Assembly: GCF_018977255.1 (NCBI RefSeq)
Contig: NW_024704742.1
Location: 40,674,001 to 40,738,000, forward strand
DNA length: 64,000 bases
Source of the DNA: Callorhinchus milii
Taxonomy: Eukaryota
Direction: 5' to 3'
Within the stretch, counting starts at the first letter, position 1. Every line of letters begins with the position of its first letter. The position numbers and the translations under genes were made by a program. The notes under the pieces are model-generated. The model saw nothing but the letters and a program-made list of their open reading frames with translations, was not told the DNA's origin and ran no database searches. Positions 61,331 to 64,000 of this stretch are shown here, one piece after another.

Positions 61331-62316
61331 CAGAAATGCAAATGGCTATTAAAATCACATTTTGACATTTACTGAGAACTCAAGAAAGCAATAAACAATA
61401 CGTAGCAGGCTGACCTGATATAGATACTAGGGCAACATGCCAAAAAGATGTGAAACTCACCGTGTGGTTGACTTGTACAAAAATCTTTGGGCCATGAAAC
61501 ACAATTAGGCACAGATACTAAGAAAAGATAGAGTACTTCTGTATAAAATATTAAAAAAACAGAAATGTAAAAAAAATTCCAGAAAGGCATGAACCACAAA
61601 CCTTTCAATCCCAGGGAATATACTGCCAGAGGCAGTGTTTCAGATGCAGTCTGTGCAGACTCAGATGATCTCAGTTGAATAGCAGTAAACATGATTCAAC
61701 TGCACTCAGTAAAGTGCATTCACAAGCCAGACAATCCAGGGTTCTTCCTGGTACAGATAACACCAATACCGAGAAACATTCTGAAAGATGAAAGAAGATA
61801 ACTTTCATCAGCATAAGTCATTATTACTGGAATATCAGAATCTGACATTACTCCAGAGTAAATTTATGCAATCACAGGATATCAGGAACTGAAATGGAAT
61901 TTCTCAAACTCACTCCTCACTCACTCATTATTACCTGTGATGGTGCTATCTACAACGATCCCAATTTTAGGAATTATACACTTGCTTTCAAATACGTCCA
62001 GGAATTGTTTTCTGCTTCTGTTGGAGGCAAGCACACCGTCTGGGTGATCCTTATGAGATCGAGAACTACCGAGGAATCTCACTGATGCAGTTACTCTCAA
62101 TGAGGGGCTTTGGGGAATGACTATCAGGTGAGTATATCAGGTGAGTTGGAGACCCACAGTTTGATCAGAAAGGAATAAAGTGGATTATATTCAGGTGAGG
62201 TGTGTGTGGGGGGCAAGTTGTGGCTTTGTATGAGATTTCAAAGAATTGTCAGGCACAGGGAAATCTACAACAACAACTTGCATTTATATAGCGCCTCTCA
62301 CACAGGGTAGCGCTTA

Positions 62317-64000
62317 AACATAAGAATATAAGAATTAGGAGAAGGAGTAGGCCATTCGGCCCCTCGAGCATGCCCCGCCATTCAATAAGATCATGGCTGA
62401 TCTTCTGACCTAACTTTAATTACCTGCCCTATCTCCATATCCCCTAATCCCTCTATTTTTAAAAAATCTGTCAGTCTCAGCCTTGAAAATGTTCAAGGAC
62501 TGAGCATCTATAGCCTTCTTGGGTAGTAAATTCCATAAATTCACTGCCCTCTGAGTGAAGAAATGTTTCCTCAACTCTGTTCTAAAAGACTGACCCTTAA
62601 TTTTAAGACTGTGACCCCTGGTTATAGATTCTCCTACCAGGGGAAACAAACCCTCAGTGTCTACTTTATCAGCCCTTTAAGAATCTTACATGTTTCAATA
62701 AGATCTCCCCTAATTCTTCTGTACTCTAGAGAATACAGCCCTAGTTTATTCAGCCTATCCTCATAGGTCAGTCCCCTCATCCCAGGAACTAACCGAGTGA
62801 ATCTACGCTGCACCCCCTCTAAGGCAAGTCTGTCCTTTCTTAAATAAGGAGACCAAAACTGCACATAATACTCCAGGTGCAGTCTCACCAAAGCCCTATA
62901 CAGTTGCAGCAAGACTTCCCTACTCTTGTACTCTAAACCTTTTGCAATGAACGCTAACAATACGTTCGCCTTTTTAGTTGCTTGCTGCACCTGCAAACCA
63001 ACTTTTTGAGACTGATGTACAAGAACACCCAAATCCTTCTGAACACTAACACTATCTAATCTCTCCCCCTCTAGAAAATAATCTGTTTTTCTATTTTTTC
63101 TACCTAGGTGAATAACTTCACACTTCCCCACATTAAGTTCCATCTGCCACCTACTTGCTTACTCCCCTGGCCTATCTATATCCCGTTGCAATCTTTTTGC
63201 ATCATCCTTAGAGCTTATTCTCTCACCTAGTTTGGTGTCATCCGCGAATTTAGATACTTTACATTCAACGTCCTCATCTAGATCATAGATGTAAATTGTA
63301 AATAGCTGAGGCCCCAGCACTGATCCTTGTGGCACTCCACTAATCACATTCTGCCAATTTGAGAATGACCCATTTATCCCTACTCTCTGTTTTCTACCCG
63401 TTAGCCACTCTTCAATCCATGCTAATATGTTCCCATTAATCCCGTGGACCTTAACCTTGTACAATAGCCTTTTGTGTGGCACTTTGTCAAATGCCTTCTT
63501 AAAATCTAAATATACTACATCTACTGGCTTCCCCCTATCTAACCTGCTAGATACATCTTCAAAAAACTCTAAAAGATTAGTTAAGCATGACTTCCCTTTG
63601 GTAAAGCCATGTTGACTCTGCCTAATCCTGTTATGGTCTTCCAGGAATCCCATAGCGACATCCTTAATTAAGGACTCAAGAATTTTCCCTACCACTGATG
63701 TCAGACTAACTGATCTATAATTCCCCATCTTTTCTCTCCCACCCTTCTTGAATAGTGGTGTTACGTTTGCAATCTTCCACTCAATGGGAACCGTTTCAGA
63801 ATCCAGAGAATTTTGGAAGACCAAAGACAAGCCATCCACTATCTCAGTAGCCACCTCTTTTAAAACCCTAGGATGTAGGCCATCAGGTCCAGGAGATTTA
63901 TTAGTTTTAAGACCTGACAATTTATCTAAAACCATTTCTTTGCTAATATTAATTTACCCAAGTTGCTCGCTAACAGTATCTTCTTGGTTCCCTCTATTCT
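62317..64000 (-). mobile_element. Relatively young CR1 LINE, 3' part of ORF2 (reverse transcriptase), inactivated; continues past the right edge
   Basis: DFKKAFDKVPH, GVPQGSVLGP, FADD; in-frame stop at 63159-63161, 1-bp frameshift near 62670; TTCTTAT-type tail. Confidence 0.95.

Noticed and set aside
43100..62300. A further protein-coding gene (FBXL5, second CD38/BST1, FGFBP)
   Set aside because: No recognisable exons on either strand by eye; small or divergent exons cannot be excluded without a search
62416..63935. 258/160/77-aa ORFs as a functional reverse transcriptase gene
   Set aside because: CR1 ORF2 broken by an in-frame stop and a frameshift

Overview
Vertebrate genomic DNA. The repeat set (tRNA-Ala SINE with an L2 tail, DeuSINE-like relics, L2 and CR1 LINEs, a Penelope-type terminus) and the compact introns suggest a cartilaginous fish, probably a chimaera (inference). 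The window holds two + strand genes that I assembled by hand from GT-AG exons. (1) The last 16 coding exons of CC2D2A, 3850-23130, about 677 aa. (2) A complete 9-exon CD38/BST1-family ADP-ribosyl cyclase gene, 29988-42752, about 288 aa, with a TATA promoter. The cyclase appears to have a short signal peptide, no type II transmembrane anchor and no GPI tail, so it looks like a soluble, Aplysia-type enzyme. It lies directly downstream of CC2D2A with no FBXL5 in between. Also present: an antisense LTR element with an exact tRNA-Ser primer-binding site and clustered Pol III B-box motifs (1-2912), a palindromic Penelope-type relic with two degenerate hammerhead cores (about 24171-24350), a 107-bp Tc1/mariner MITE, CTCF-like motifs, two unclassified repeat families, and a fairly young CR1 LINE at the right edge. 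I recognised no further protein-coding gene in 43-64 kb. Family and residue comparisons are from memory; no search was run.
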